DNA from: Gnetum montanum
Lineage: Eukaryota > Plantae > Gnetophyta
DNA: 64,000 nucleotides
NCBI GenBank assembly: GCA_015680685.1
Contig: MNCI01002110.1
Coordinates: 66,324 to 130,323 of the forward strand
Direction: 5' to 3'
Under the pieces are notes generated by a model. The model ran no database searches and was not told the DNA's origin. It was given only the letters and a program-made list of their open reading frames with translations. The position numbers and the translations under genes are program-made. The first letter of the stretch is position 1. Every line of letters begins with the position of its first letter. Below are positions 52,846 through 64,000 of this stretch, piece after piece.

Positions 52846-52993
52846 GGTGAGAACCGGATTACATCAATGATAGCTAGTCGATCAGATTTGTGTATATTGA
52901 GACAAAGAACGTGAGGTGTTCCCATTCCAGTATTTTATCATGTGGATTCTAGCTAGCCATTGATCAACATTGAGACAATTGCACATATTAAGT
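52846..52993 (+). pseudogene. OVA2: IleRS exon with two stops (GENRITSMIASRSDLCILRQRT*GVPIPVFYHVDSS*PLINIETIAHIK)
   Basis: AAG|...|GTAAG boundaries, TGA at 52912-52914 and TAG at 52954-52956. The DWCISRQR motif has decayed. Confidence 0.9.
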
Positions 52994-53274
52994 GTAAGTA
53001 CATTGTCTAATTATATAGCATATTGTACCACACATAGCTTGTAATTTTCTGTTTTTATGAGATGTTTCAACATGATACTAGATTCATCCTTAGTTGCAAT
53101 TGCTATTTCAAGGTTTAGTGAAAGAATAAAAAATGCTGAAGTTAATGGCTAGTTTAAGATAGTGGGTAATTCTTAGTTTGGAAATAAATATATCAAAAAT
53201 AAATAAACAAGAATTACCTTTTTAAGTTCCAATGGCTGATTTTAAATAACTGAGTAATGGTTGGTAAAGGTAGA

Positions 53275-53585
53275 AGAGAAACTAGGGGAAAACATGGAGT
53301 GTCTTTAATTTCAGATATGCTACAAGAGTGATAGTTTAGATGGTTTGGACATGTGTAAAGAAGACCAAACAATGAGCCTATAAACAAAGGTTGCTACATC
53401 ATATGGGCAGGAAAGCTATAGAAAGGAAAACCAAAGAAGATATGGGAAAAAATGATTAAAGATGCTTTAAAGAAACTACAAATAAACAAAGAGTTAGCTC
53501 TTCATAAAGGCATATGGTGAAAAAGAACTCCTATAGATGACCCTATTTTGTTGGGATAAGGCTAGGATGATGATGATGATGATAA
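53275..53585 (+). mobile_element. RTE LINE 3'-end fragment
   Basis: Encodes FRWFGHV*RRP and ends GACCCTATTTTGTTGGGATAAGGCT followed by (GAT)n, as typical of plant RTE tails. Confidence 0.7.
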
Positions 53586-55822
53586 TGAGTAATGGTTAAG
53601 AAATGACATTTTCAATATTACAAGAAAATATAAATATTTAAACTATGTAAATAAAGGGATAAACAAATGTAAAGCTCAGAATTAAATAAAAACATAGCTG
53701 GGGCTAAGTAATGTTGAAATTAGACCTTTTACAAAACAGTAAAAACAGGCAATAAGGAATGGATTTGAATGAACCAAAAGTTTGAGAGAAGACCCCTATG
53801 TTGTATCATGAAATGTAGTGGTTCCCATCACTTCTGTTTTTTTTTCCAACTGATTTAGTTGATTTTGTTTTTCTTATTCCTGCCTTTTCTTCAGAGGTGA
53901 CTAACCATGAAATTCATAATACTTTTATTTTTATTTCTTTTGGATTTATAGATTTACATTCTTTCTGGTTATACCTACATGATAAGTTTATAATAGCTGT
54001 CTCTAGGGGTTCATATGACCAGTTTATAATATATCCTGATTCTTAGTTGGGTGCCTTAACCACTTCCATGGAACACATACAAAGATTTTAAATGCTAGAA
54101 GATGACTGAAACTGGAAAATACTGTGATGATTTTCTAAGTTGACCTTTAAAACATGCTATGTACATATTACTTCCGCTTGTAGGAAAACCTCACATAATT
54201 GTAATTAAAGATAAATTTCCCATTGATGGAAAACCTTGAGCATGAAAGTGATTGTGCAATTGCATGCTGTGGTTGTAGAACAGACGTTAGATGGATTGGG
54301 TAATCATTAGACTAAATGACTAAAGAACATATGGATGGGTTTGTTTCTTAAGGAATATTGAAGGACGTCATTACCTGTTGATTTCTTCTAGATGATGAAG
54401 GATCATTCCAATGAGTATATGCTCTTATAATTCTCAAGTAACAGTGAAACTGGTTTGAAGGAAGCCTTAAAAATGTTCTTATTGCTCTTTTATTTACTTG
54501 GACTAATAGGGATGAGAATCCATGGTCTTTAAAAGGTATAAACAATGCATCATTATCTGCTGATTTATTCTTGATGAACATTTGTACGCAGGGAGTTAAA
54601 AGTATTCTTCTCATTTAAGCGTCATAAGGCATTTCACCCTGCTTAAATTTCTGAGGCATTTAAAAAATGAAATTAAACTGTTCCAGCCCACATTACCTCA
54701 ATTGCAGTACATTCTTGCCTGCGTTTGTGCTGCAACATTGCATTTTTATGATTCTTCATTACAAGGTCCAAGGTGTGTGTAGTACTCATTGCCCATTTGC
54801 TTCAGGATTGATGTTTTTCATGAAGCTGTGATTCATTATTTATTTTTAGTTTTCATGGAATATTTTTAGTAAATTTGTATTAATGAGAGTTAAAGGCCCT
54901 CTCACAAATTATGAGCTAACAGAATCATTGTTGGAAGTTGCCACTGCTTTCAAGTGTGTATGACTGATCTAGAAATCTGGTTGCTGAAAGGATCATATGC
55001 AAGTGTGACACCTCTAGTTTATGGCTTGACAGTTGTCTTTCATCTGCCCAAATTCCTAGCATCTTCATTTGCATCATGAGAAACCTGCATGTAGGTACCA
55101 CTCATCCCATTATCATGCCACGTGTTCCTTCTTCTTCTTTTTGTCCTTTCTCCATTTCTGATTTTACTATCTGTCTTAGATTGCTTATGCTGTCATTCTT
55201 TACTTTGATTTTTTAAATATTGATCTTGCATGATCTTAATCAATAAAATATGATGAACCAAAAAATCCATATATGGACTCTGTTTCAGCATGCAACCTGA
55301 TGGTTTTAGGTTTCTAAAAGGTTTCTCAGTACAATATTGCCATCATGGATTTATTGTCAATGATGGTCTCTTTCATGAGTAAAAAAGCAAATACCAGGTA
55401 CAAATGAAAACAACATAGGAATGGTTTAATATTCTTTTTTTAAATATTCGTTCATTTATTTGTCCGTAAGAATTTTTCTATCAATATTGGAAACAATAGG
55501 ACCATACAACATGCTTGAATGCGGTAACAATTTATCTTAGAACAATGAACATTTCCAAGAAAGTATGAATTTTGATGAAAGTGTGATAATCTTGCAGCTT
55601 TTCTTAGTTATCTACATAATCTCTGTTATTTTCCAGGCTATTAATTATCTTTATTGTTAGGCATTTGGTGACAATATTATAACCCATATTTGATGCCATC
55701 TGTATTTATTTAAGGCGACATGGAGATGTCTAGATTTTAGTATTATTTTTATTATATTTGGTTTTCATTTGAAGCATCACATAAAATTTAATTGAATCAT
55801 AGTTATCTTTGTTTTTGCGTAG

Positions 55823-55954
55823 CCATCATTTCTCAGAAAGGCAGTGATGCTTGGTGGTATATGAGTGTCAAGGAGCTTCTTCCTGAAAGATATCATGCAG
55901 AAGCACATAATTATAGAAAAGGAACTGATACAATGGATGTGTGGTTTGATTCTG
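55823..55954 (+). pseudogene. OVA2: IleRS exon (IISQKGSDAWWYMSVKELLP...KGTDTMDVWFDS)
   Basis: TAG|...|GT boundaries, open frame. Confidence 0.92.
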
Positions 55955-56482
55955 GTTTGTACATCTTTTCCTTTCTTACGGACAGAAATTCATTTGTACC
56001 TGTTAGGCTTTTCTCTTGTTTTGTTTTACTATAATTAATTACATAACCTTTCCTTCTACATGAATATATAACATATAGTATAATAAGCACTTTCAATTGA
56101 AGTTTATGTAAAAATTAAAAATTGAAAATATTTTATAACATGTTATTAACAATGCCATCTGTCCATAGTGGAAATCCTTTTTGATGGAAAATTAAATAAA
56201 TGGGTGCACAGAGAAGGGAGTGATTCAAAAATCCAAAACTTTTAGTTTTGTTTAACATAGAAAAATGTCAATATTATGTCTGCATTTTGTTTTTTGCAAG
56301 ATGGTTTGAATCATGCTTGATTCCTCATCATTTATGATTGATTAACAATGATTAGAGAGAGTAAATAGTTTCAATGGTTCATTACAATGTATTCCTTGAG
56401 AATTTTCTAGAGGTTCAAAGTTTTAGACTCTAGGCTAGGATTTCATTGGCCATTCGTTGGATGCAAGGATCACTTGGAGCCA

Positions 56483-56607
56483 CAATGCTTATTCTACCAA
56501 ACGGGTCCCAGGAGGCTTGGTAGATGAGCGAAAGTTTAATTTCTTCAAGTGGTTATGCCCAGGCTTCAATCTAGGTCTTCGACTTGAGAAACAAGTTGTT
56601 AAACGGT
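56483..56607. mobile_element. Degenerate SINE copy (Au-SINE-like)
   Basis: Similar to 21014-21145. Confidence 0.45.
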
Positions 56608-56996
56608 AATTCATACATTGTCTTGATTCGTAAATTGTTGTTATGTTAAGTCAATTGGGTCATAAGAGTATGTTACGATTTGTAAGGTATTTATTTATGA
56701 ATCAATTCTTTTGACTTGTAAAGTATTTGTAAGATCAATTACTATTATAAATCATAATTAAGTGTTTACGATGAGTCATAACCTTTCATCATGTTAAAGG
56801 TCTTGTTAGTACCAAGTCAGTGTGAGTAGTAGTAGTAAAAGTGATAAGTAGAAGTACAAGTATAATTGTTCATAATTAAGGAACAAATGGTTACAACCAA
56901 AAGGTCCAAGAATACAAAATTGCAAAAGGAAGTCATTTGAAGAAAAGAAAAGATTGTTGATTACAAAATTACTTTATCGAAGATTTTACCGTATTC

Positions 56997-59900
56997 TTTT
57001 TAGAAAACTTTGAGTTTAAATTAAAGAAAAGGCATATGTATAATTGTAGCAACAACAATAAGAGGGGAGAAAGTATCTCCCCTCACCCCCAAAACTTAGG
57101 GGGGCAGGGGCAAACAATACCCCCTCCCCCCTCCATCAAAATTCCCTACAAGGATTCAATGCAATGACAAAAACATGGAGAATAAAAAACTACAAATCCC
57201 AGAAGAAGAAGGAAAACCAAGATCTAAAGATCCAAACCCTCCCAAACATGACTACCCCCTAGCAACATAGACCTCCACAACCAGTCAATCTATAGATGTA
57301 AAGGAAGAGTTGAGCACCGGAAATTAGGCCTCTCTTGACTATGGAGGGCGTCTAGCTCCTCTTGGTATGACTTTGTTGCCACAAAGGCCATGGCCTCCTA
57401 CAATTCTTTAAGGCTCTTCTACTTGTAAGCGCATTCCTCAGCAGTCCCCCACCCATCTGGGTGTAGACTCTAACTCTCGTGGTAGATATGGCATTGAAGC
57501 GCAACCCATGGTGCGGTATGCCTGATGTTTAGAGCCACGTAGGGGCATATCCCCTCCTCCAACCACTTGTGAGCACAATCCTTATGAGCTTGATCCAAGC
57601 ACACTTTGATCTCTACCTCCTCCTACTCCTCTTCCTTGCACCGCCACTACACCTTCCTTTCCCACTCCTCCTAGAGCTTGGCTTCCTCCTAGAGTTCGTC
57701 GGATTTGCTGCCTCAGCTCCTCCTCCAACTGTAGCTTGATCGTTGCATTTGTGAAATCCCGTTGCATCCTCTCCATCCTTGCCTTGTCCTATAGTTGAGC
57801 AAGTTCTTGTTGGAACTCTTCATCCTTGCATCTTAGCTCTTCCAGCTTCTACTAGAGTGCCTCCTCTTGGTGCTACAACCTCTTTGCTTAGACTACCTAC
57901 TTCTCCTTCTGAGCTCACTCCACCTTGCCCACAGTTGCCCACTGGCCCAACAATCCTGATGACCCTCCCCCTTCCATCAACCTCCCCTACGTAGTCAAAA
58001 CTCCTCCCCTACGTAGTCAAAACTCCTCCCCTCCCTACTCATCTTGGGGCTCTTCTAGCATCCCCTAGGGTCACGACAACTCCCTAGCCTCTGTCTCCCA
58101 AATCACCCCCTGGGACATCCTCTTCAGACTCACTTGTACTAGTAGAAATGTCCACCACACATGGTGGAATGTAGTGCCTTCTTTTGCACCTATAGACCAC
58201 CTGCACCCTGGGGCACTAGGTTGCATAGGAACCTTCCATGTTGCCTCTTGTCCTCTCTTCGCTTGCCAGAGTGTGAGAATAAGGCTTGAGTAAGTCCCTT
58301 GCCTCCTTTGGCGCAGTGGAAAAAATGAGGCAGGTTAATCCAAATTCCCCTTCAAGGTAGCAGAGGAACTCAAAGTGTACCTTCAATAGCTTCTAGGCAT
58401 TGCTAGAATGAATGAAAAATCTATCCACCAGAACCATGGCATCCTACGACATGGGTTCCAAAGCTGCTTTGGGGACCTGCCCACTTGTTGTCCTAGGCAC
58501 CTTCCCTAGAAGAATTTACATGCATCCCACAACTCTCTACCCCACAACCCCAGATCCTCCCCTTTTGCTAGTTGATGCAGATATTTGGCAATGGCTGCCT
58601 CGATGAGCATAATTCTCACCCCTTTGAATAGAGTAACATCCCCAAGCCAATTAGTGTAAAATATCCCATCCTCAAGCTCTGGGTCCCTCCGTAGCTACTT
58701 CGACACTAGAGCCTAGCCAACCTTGCCCACCAATTGTCTCAGAACTGAATTAGACTAGTACTCCTCCCACAGTGGCTCAAACGTTGGGGTTGCCCCCATG
58801 GCTAACTGCACTTCCATCCATGTTCGAATCCCAATAGCCACCACTTGCGCTAGTCACAACGGATGAATGTTCCTAAAAACCTAGGAGTTTTTGACTGGCC
58901 ACAATTACTAGAGTATAGCAGTGGCCGGTGAATCCCTATTTAGTGTAGCTAGTAGTGGAATGCATGCATCCTGCTACACTCTTTGTGAATAAGTGTAATG
59001 CCATGCAAAGTGTTCCATGGTTTCTCTGCTCACCATTCAAAACATGTGTCATTCACCTGTAACCCCCACCTTCACAGCACGTGCCACATGGGTATAACGT
59101 TATGTTTTATCAACCAAAGAAAATATTTGATTTTCTCTTGGAGGCTACCCTTCCATAATTGCAACTACCCCTTAACAGCGGGATATTTATGTTGGAGCAG
59201 TTTCTTTGGTTGTGCATTCGTCAACCCACCCAATACAAAGCCTTCCATGTGCAAAACTAATGCCTACCAAAAATTCCAGTTGTTGCTAGTGGCCTCCCAT
59301 TGCCTGTACTTCTGACTCACAATCTATACCCACTGAGTCGGGCAATGATTCAAAGAGTGAATGTGCTAGAGTAACCAGTGGAGCCCCACGGCCTCAGCGT
59401 CCTCAAAACTTAGTAGCCCCAAACCCCCTGCCTGCTTCAGTCTAGCTACCTTATCCCACACAACCAGGTGCATCTGCCTACCCCCTTTAACCCCTGACCA
59501 AACGAAATCATGTCACAATGTAGTCAATTTTCTCAATTGCCCTTGTCAAGGGGGAGGCGGTAGACGCAACAAACTAAGCCATAGCCTACAAAATCGACCC
59601 TGCCAACACCAACCTCCCCACCTTGGACAAAAATCTATTAGTCTAGTGGCCAACTCGATCTTGCATTCGTTTGATCAGGAATTTCCAAACCCACTTTCGG
59701 TGCCAATTGAAAGGAGGAAACCCCAAATAGGCATCCTTAGACCCAAGCAACACCCCTAGTAGTTGAACAATTATCCCCTTCACTATTTGCTCAACGTTGA
59801 GCAAATGCACTAGGGACTTATTGCAATTAACCTCCAACCCAATCTCTTCAGCCATTTGTAATAGGGCCTTGTTAATAACTAGTACTTGGGGAATGGTCGC

Positions 59901-61590
59901 TCTTGTGAACAAGAAAGTGTTGTCTGTATAATGCTTAACCATGCAATGCACCCCTTCAACTGTCAGCCCTCTAACCCCTTCAAATTTGCAATAGGTTCTC
60001 ATGGCATTCATCACCAGAATGAACAAGTATGAGGATAAGGGGTCTCCCTATCTTAAACTCCTACCAAGGGATGCAAACCCATAGAACACCCCCACATGCT
60101 GCCCCCCACCAAACAAAATCTAGGAGAACGCACCCAATTGTTGGATATGCAAGCATAGTTTCACAAAATGTGGGTGAAACCCTTTTTGCAACATGATCTC
60201 TCTTAGTGCATCACAAGAAACCTTGTCATATGCCTTAGTTATATCAAGCTTCAAGCATAGGCCTAGAAACCTCTTCTGTTGAACTAGCAAAATTTGATCC
60301 TACAAAAATCTGCCCTAGACAAAGCCTACCTACTATTCTCCCATGAGGCGCTGCATCATGGGCCCCATTCATGCGACCAACATTTTCGAAAAGAGCCCAA
60401 TCAGAGTGTTGCACACCCCAATAGGATGAAATTATGTAGGACTCGATGGATTGGACAACTTTGGGATTAATACCGGCATGAGCAATTGATCTCCCTTCTC
60501 ACCTATCCCACATCAACATCTTGTTGAAGGCATCTAGGATATTTCCCCCTAGTTCCTTAGAAAATGTTTGAAAAAATTCTGCAGGCCACCCATTTGGTCC
60601 TGGTGCCTTGCCTCCTTACATAGATGGCATTGCCCCCTCCAACTCCCCCCCTAGTAAAGGGTGTCAATAACTTACGATTATCCTCCTCCTCTAAAACTCT
60701 CAGAATATCAACAGAGATGGGTTTGGTCTCCCACTGTTGCCAAATGTCGCCCAGTACCTCAAGAGAGCTTTTGCAACCTCCTACTTCCCCTTGACAGCCT
60801 TCCCTCCATCCTGAATGGAAGGTATCCTCTTAGCCAAGTGAGCTGAATGAGCCACCACAAAAAAGAAATGTGCATTCCTATCCCCCTCACTCAGCCAATG
60901 GACCCGTCCCCTCTGTCTCCAATATGTTTCATCCTCTTTGTCAAGTGTATGCAGCTCCTACTGCACCTCCCCCTCGATATCCTCCTACTCTTGACCCAAC
61001 TTTTGAGCCTACTGTATCCACTCTAGATGTCGCATAAGCTTCCCCCGATAGTATCAAAAGGAGAATGTGTCGTCAAACTTGATCCCCCCGAATATGCTAT
61101 TTGAGCGAAGTCAGCCCCTATTTTAGAAATTCTTTGGGATCCCTACCCTGTTGGTAGGATTCCCAAATATCCTCCACCAACAATCTCAACTAGGGCTTCG
61201 TCCACCATGACTATTTGAATCTGAAAGGGTGTTGCTCCTTGTCTTCTGGATGCCCAACCGTATAGACCAAAGTTCTGTGATCCAATGCGACTCTTTCTTT
61301 GCCAACAATGAATACCCCTTTATCCATCAACACATTTAGGCTCACCCACACACATTCAATTCTGGTCATGACCTTGTCCTACCCGTTTCTTTGGTTACAG
61401 TATGTGAACTGATACCCCCTGACTTCCATATCCAACCGCCCGTGGGCTGTCAGAAAATCCTGGAACTGTTGACTCCCCAGAGGGTCCGACAAGTCCCCAT
61501 CCGACTTCTCCCACTAATGGAGGCAATGGTTGAAATCCCCTAGCAAGATCCACTGCCTGCAATAAGCAATCATGGGCACAATTTGTTCCA
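56997..61590 (-). mobile_element. Decayed, 5'-truncated L1-clade LINE: endonuclease, RT, zf-RVT, novel J-domain module, 3' UTR
   Basis: QWILLGDFN, FTYCN and LDH (endonuclease). APGPNG, KLDITKAYDKVS, LR*GDPLSSYLFILVM, YTDN and YLGFP (RT). KIKYFLWLIKHNVIP...ETMEH and L**LWPVKNS*VF (zf-RVT and tail). Short A-run on the minus strand near 56997. Confidence 0.88.
57290..58799 (-). pseudogene. Second copy of the LINE-borne J-domain module (HPD at 57455-57463)
   Basis: MGATPTFEP...LRQLV...DPELEDGIFYTNW; LVDRFFIHSSNA*KL..VHFEFL; coiled coil; KWLEEGICPYVALNI....WVALQCHI...S*SLHPD...L*EAMAF.....ELDALH...RP...C..LP. Confidence 0.75.
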
Positions 61591-61904
61591 AAAGCCTGTA
61601 AAGCACTTTTGAATGATATTGCGTTAACTTTAATATAAGCACCTTATCATCACTCCAAATGACAGTCCCTTACCATTCCTTGGATGCAAGCAAGTTAATA
61701 AAACTTACTCTTCAGCTAGAGGTATTGCACCAAATGGTAGCTATGAAACCTATTTTGAAGTAGAAGCTCAATATCTGTGAAGTGCTGCTTGTTCTCCTCG
61801 ATTAAAGTTATTATTAGATAGAAGCATGTTCTTTGGTAGTTCTTTGATATTGTAAAATACTATTTAATGTGCTGCACCATATTTTGCTGTTTTTATTTTA
61901 CTAG

Positions 61905-62033
61905 GATCTTCTTGGGCTGCTATGGTGGAGCAAAGAGAAGGCCTTGTTTGGCCTTCTGATTTGTACCTTGAAGGGAGTGACCAGCTTCGAGGGTGGTTTC
62001 AGAGTTCTCTATTAACTAGCATTGCTACCAGAG
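61905..62033 (+). pseudogene. OVA2: IleRS exon ([42 protein letters not shown])
   Basis: TAG|...|GTAAT boundaries. The DQHRGWF motif has H>L. Confidence 0.92.
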
Positions 62034-62326
62034 GTAATTCCATGTCCAGATTTTCATAACCAGAATTGTCTTAAAGATATAAATATGATCTTGACACCAA
62101 ATAGTATATACTATAAAATACCATTCCAATTTATAAGTTGGGCATGGTCGAATGACACCCGTTCCAGTTTTTTCNGTGGGTTGTGATTAACTAGCTCACG
62201 TCTTGGCTTCTGTTAATTTTTGGGAGATCTGGTTCTACTTCAAACTTTTATTTTGTGAACAGTAAATGTCATTCCTATTCTATGATTTCCTTGGTAACCA
62301 GATGTTTTTGTTATCTATTTTTTCAG

Positions 62327-62454
62327 GTAAAGAGCCTTATAAGAATGTGTTAACACATGGGTTTGTGTTGGATGAGAGAGGACACAAAATGAGTAAGTCA
62401 CTTGGAAACGTAATGGATCCTCTGGTTGTGATTGAGGGTGGCAAAAATCAGAAG
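62327..62454 (+). pseudogene. OVA2: IleRS exon carrying KMSKS ([31 protein letters not shown]...GGKNQK)
   Basis: CAG|...|GT boundaries, class I aaRS KMSKS motif intact. Confidence 0.93.
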
Positions 62455-62533
62455 GTTTGTTCTCTTCTGGTGTTGAACTAAATGATTTACTTAATTTCTT
62501 CATGAATTCATGTCAGCTTATTCTTCTTGATAG

Positions 62534-62698
62534 GAGGAACAAGGATATGGAGCATACGTACTGTGACTCTAGGTGTCAAGTGTTGATTATACTAGTGATG
62601 TATTGATCGGTCCTCAAATTTTGAGACCAATGTCAGATATATCTTGAAAATTGCATGGAACTGTGAGATATCTCCTTTCAAATCTTCATGACTGGAAA
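62534..62698 (+). pseudogene. OVA2: IleRS exon with three stops (GYGAYVL*L*VSSVDYTSDVLIGPQILRPMSDIS*KLHGTVRYLLSNLHDWK)
   Basis: TGA at 62564, TAG at 62570 and TGA at 62645. TAG|...|GTAAG boundaries. Confidence 0.92.
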
Positions 62699-62873
62699 GT
62701 AAGTTTCATTAAAAATCATATATTTATATTTTTAAGCCCTGTGAAATGTTTGGCTAAAATTAAATACAAATTAAATTGTCATAGAAATATTGCTTTTTGT
62801 TCCTGGTCTATCTTCGTTATACTTTGTAGGTTCCTGTAAATACTTATATTAGCGATTGTTTATAATTTTGCAA

Positions 62874-62997
62874 ACTAAGATGACAATTCCATATGATACC
62901 CTGCCTATGATAGATAAATATGCTCTATTTCAACTAGCAAATGTCATAAAAAATATCAAATATAGTTACGTGTTATCAATTTTATAAGATATTCTAG
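62874..62997 (+). pseudogene. OVA2: IleRS exon with dead acceptor, frameshift and stop (TIPYDTLPMIDKYALFQLANVIKNI.../YQFYKIF*)
   Basis: Acceptor reads CAA at 62871-62873, the frame shifts near 62970, and TAG at 62995-62997 precedes GT. Confidence 0.87.
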
Positions 62998-64000
62998 GTA
63001 TGATGGCTTTGTTTCATTAATAGCATGTCTCGTGTTGCACACTCTTCTCTAATTAACGAGCTTTCTTAATAATCCATCTATAGTGATTAAAATGGACATT
63101 TTAATTTTAAGGCAAATGGTTTTTCAGGATTTATTTTAGTTTTTCTTAAACCATCTTGAGCATGATGTGGTATTCTCTGAATCCATTTTGATTCAAATGT
63201 CCATGCAAATAGTCTTGCTTTAGTCTCCATGATTCAAAATCAAAATGGATTTAGAGGATAACACCTATCTTGGTAATGCCATGATATAACAAATTATTTG
63301 CATGATATGGAATCTTGCTTTAGTCTTCATTCAAATAGTCTTGCTTTAGTCTCCATGATATAATAAACCATTTTGAACATGACATGGTTATAGGCTTAAT
63401 GAAATTTTTTTTGACCTACACCGATATCTATATGAAACTGAAACCAAAACTAAAATTGAAGCTTTATTATGTCTAAAGACTCATAGGATCTATTGGACAG
63501 ATATTACATTTTCATAAAAAATAAAGACAGACTCTACAAATTGACCAACCACCAATGGGGGCAACAAAAATAATTCATACAAGTTTTTTGTTGTAACATT
63601 ATAATGCTATTTCAAATGAGTAGTCACAGCATAGAAAAAAAAACACAAACATATAGTCAAATTAGAATCGTATAACTCACTATTACCCACCAAATCGAAC
63701 CCATAACTTAAAGCTTCTAAATCAAGAGTCTTATCACTAGGCTAACACATTATTGTATATATAAATGCTCACCCAATTACAGCTATTAGTAATAAATACT
63801 TGCACATTGAGGTACAACAGTTGTACCCTTGTCGTTAATTACAACTATCAACATATTGCATGTTTATTGCTTCTTTCCATCCCATGCCATTTTATGCTAG
63901 CCTATGTAGTTGAGTAAATCTTTTCTTGGGGAAACTTAGTGATAAATTTAATGGCCATCAGACCACATTGTTATTCAAATTTAAACCTTGAGTTGTACAT

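Larger units (their letters stand above)
17754..62997 (+). pseudogene. OVA2: Organellar (chloroplast/mitochondrial) isoleucine--tRNA ligase pseudogene, 13 internal exons visible; 5' (HIGH motif) and 3' exons not found in the window
   Basis: Exons are colinear with plant bacterial-type IleRS: [110 protein letters not shown]. About 10 stops, 2 frameshifts and 2 CAG>CAA acceptors. Confidence 0.93.

Noticed and set aside
23567-62997. Rescue of the IleRS stops by RNA editing or readthrough
   Set aside because: Stops derive from several codon types and come with frameshifts, dead acceptors and substitutions in conserved motifs. Neutral decay explains this better.
63130-63400. Local repeats of ATAGTCTTGCTTTAGTCTCCATGAT
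   Set aside because: Only about three imperfect copies in intronic AT-rich DNA, with no diagnostic structure.

Overview
AT-rich eukaryotic DNA that appears to be nuclear sequence from a land plant. The backbone is a + strand, intron-rich pseudogene of the organellar isoleucyl-tRNA synthetase (OVA2-type IleRS). I trace 13 exons over 17754-62997, carrying about 10 in-frame stops, 2 frameshifts and 2 dead splice acceptors. The upstream region and the long introns are filled with retroelements: the 3' part of an Athila-like Ty3/gypsy element, a complete non-autonomous relative (8268-15333, TSD AAGGT), a decayed Ty1/copia RT-RNase H, RTE fragments, SINE remnants, a young 16.8-kb Tat/Ogre-type LTR element (31761-48598, TSD ATAAT, tRNA-Asn PBS) and two L1-type LINE insertions. 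Two things stand out. (1) Both LINE copies (49426-50998 on +, ~56997-61590 on -) carry a homologous, unexpected 3' coding module: a transposon-protein-like domain, a coiled coil and a DnaJ-like J-domain with an intact HPD motif. In the longer copy it sits where plant L1 ORF2 often carries RNase H. (2) The Tat element holds a 7-exon antisense gene between protease and RT. It has its own TATA box and six phase-perfect GT-AG introns. The element's noncoding regions also carry dozens of GCGTnnACGC palindromes and about 25 copies of a covarying hairpin motif. All domain names are from manual motif recognition, not database searches.
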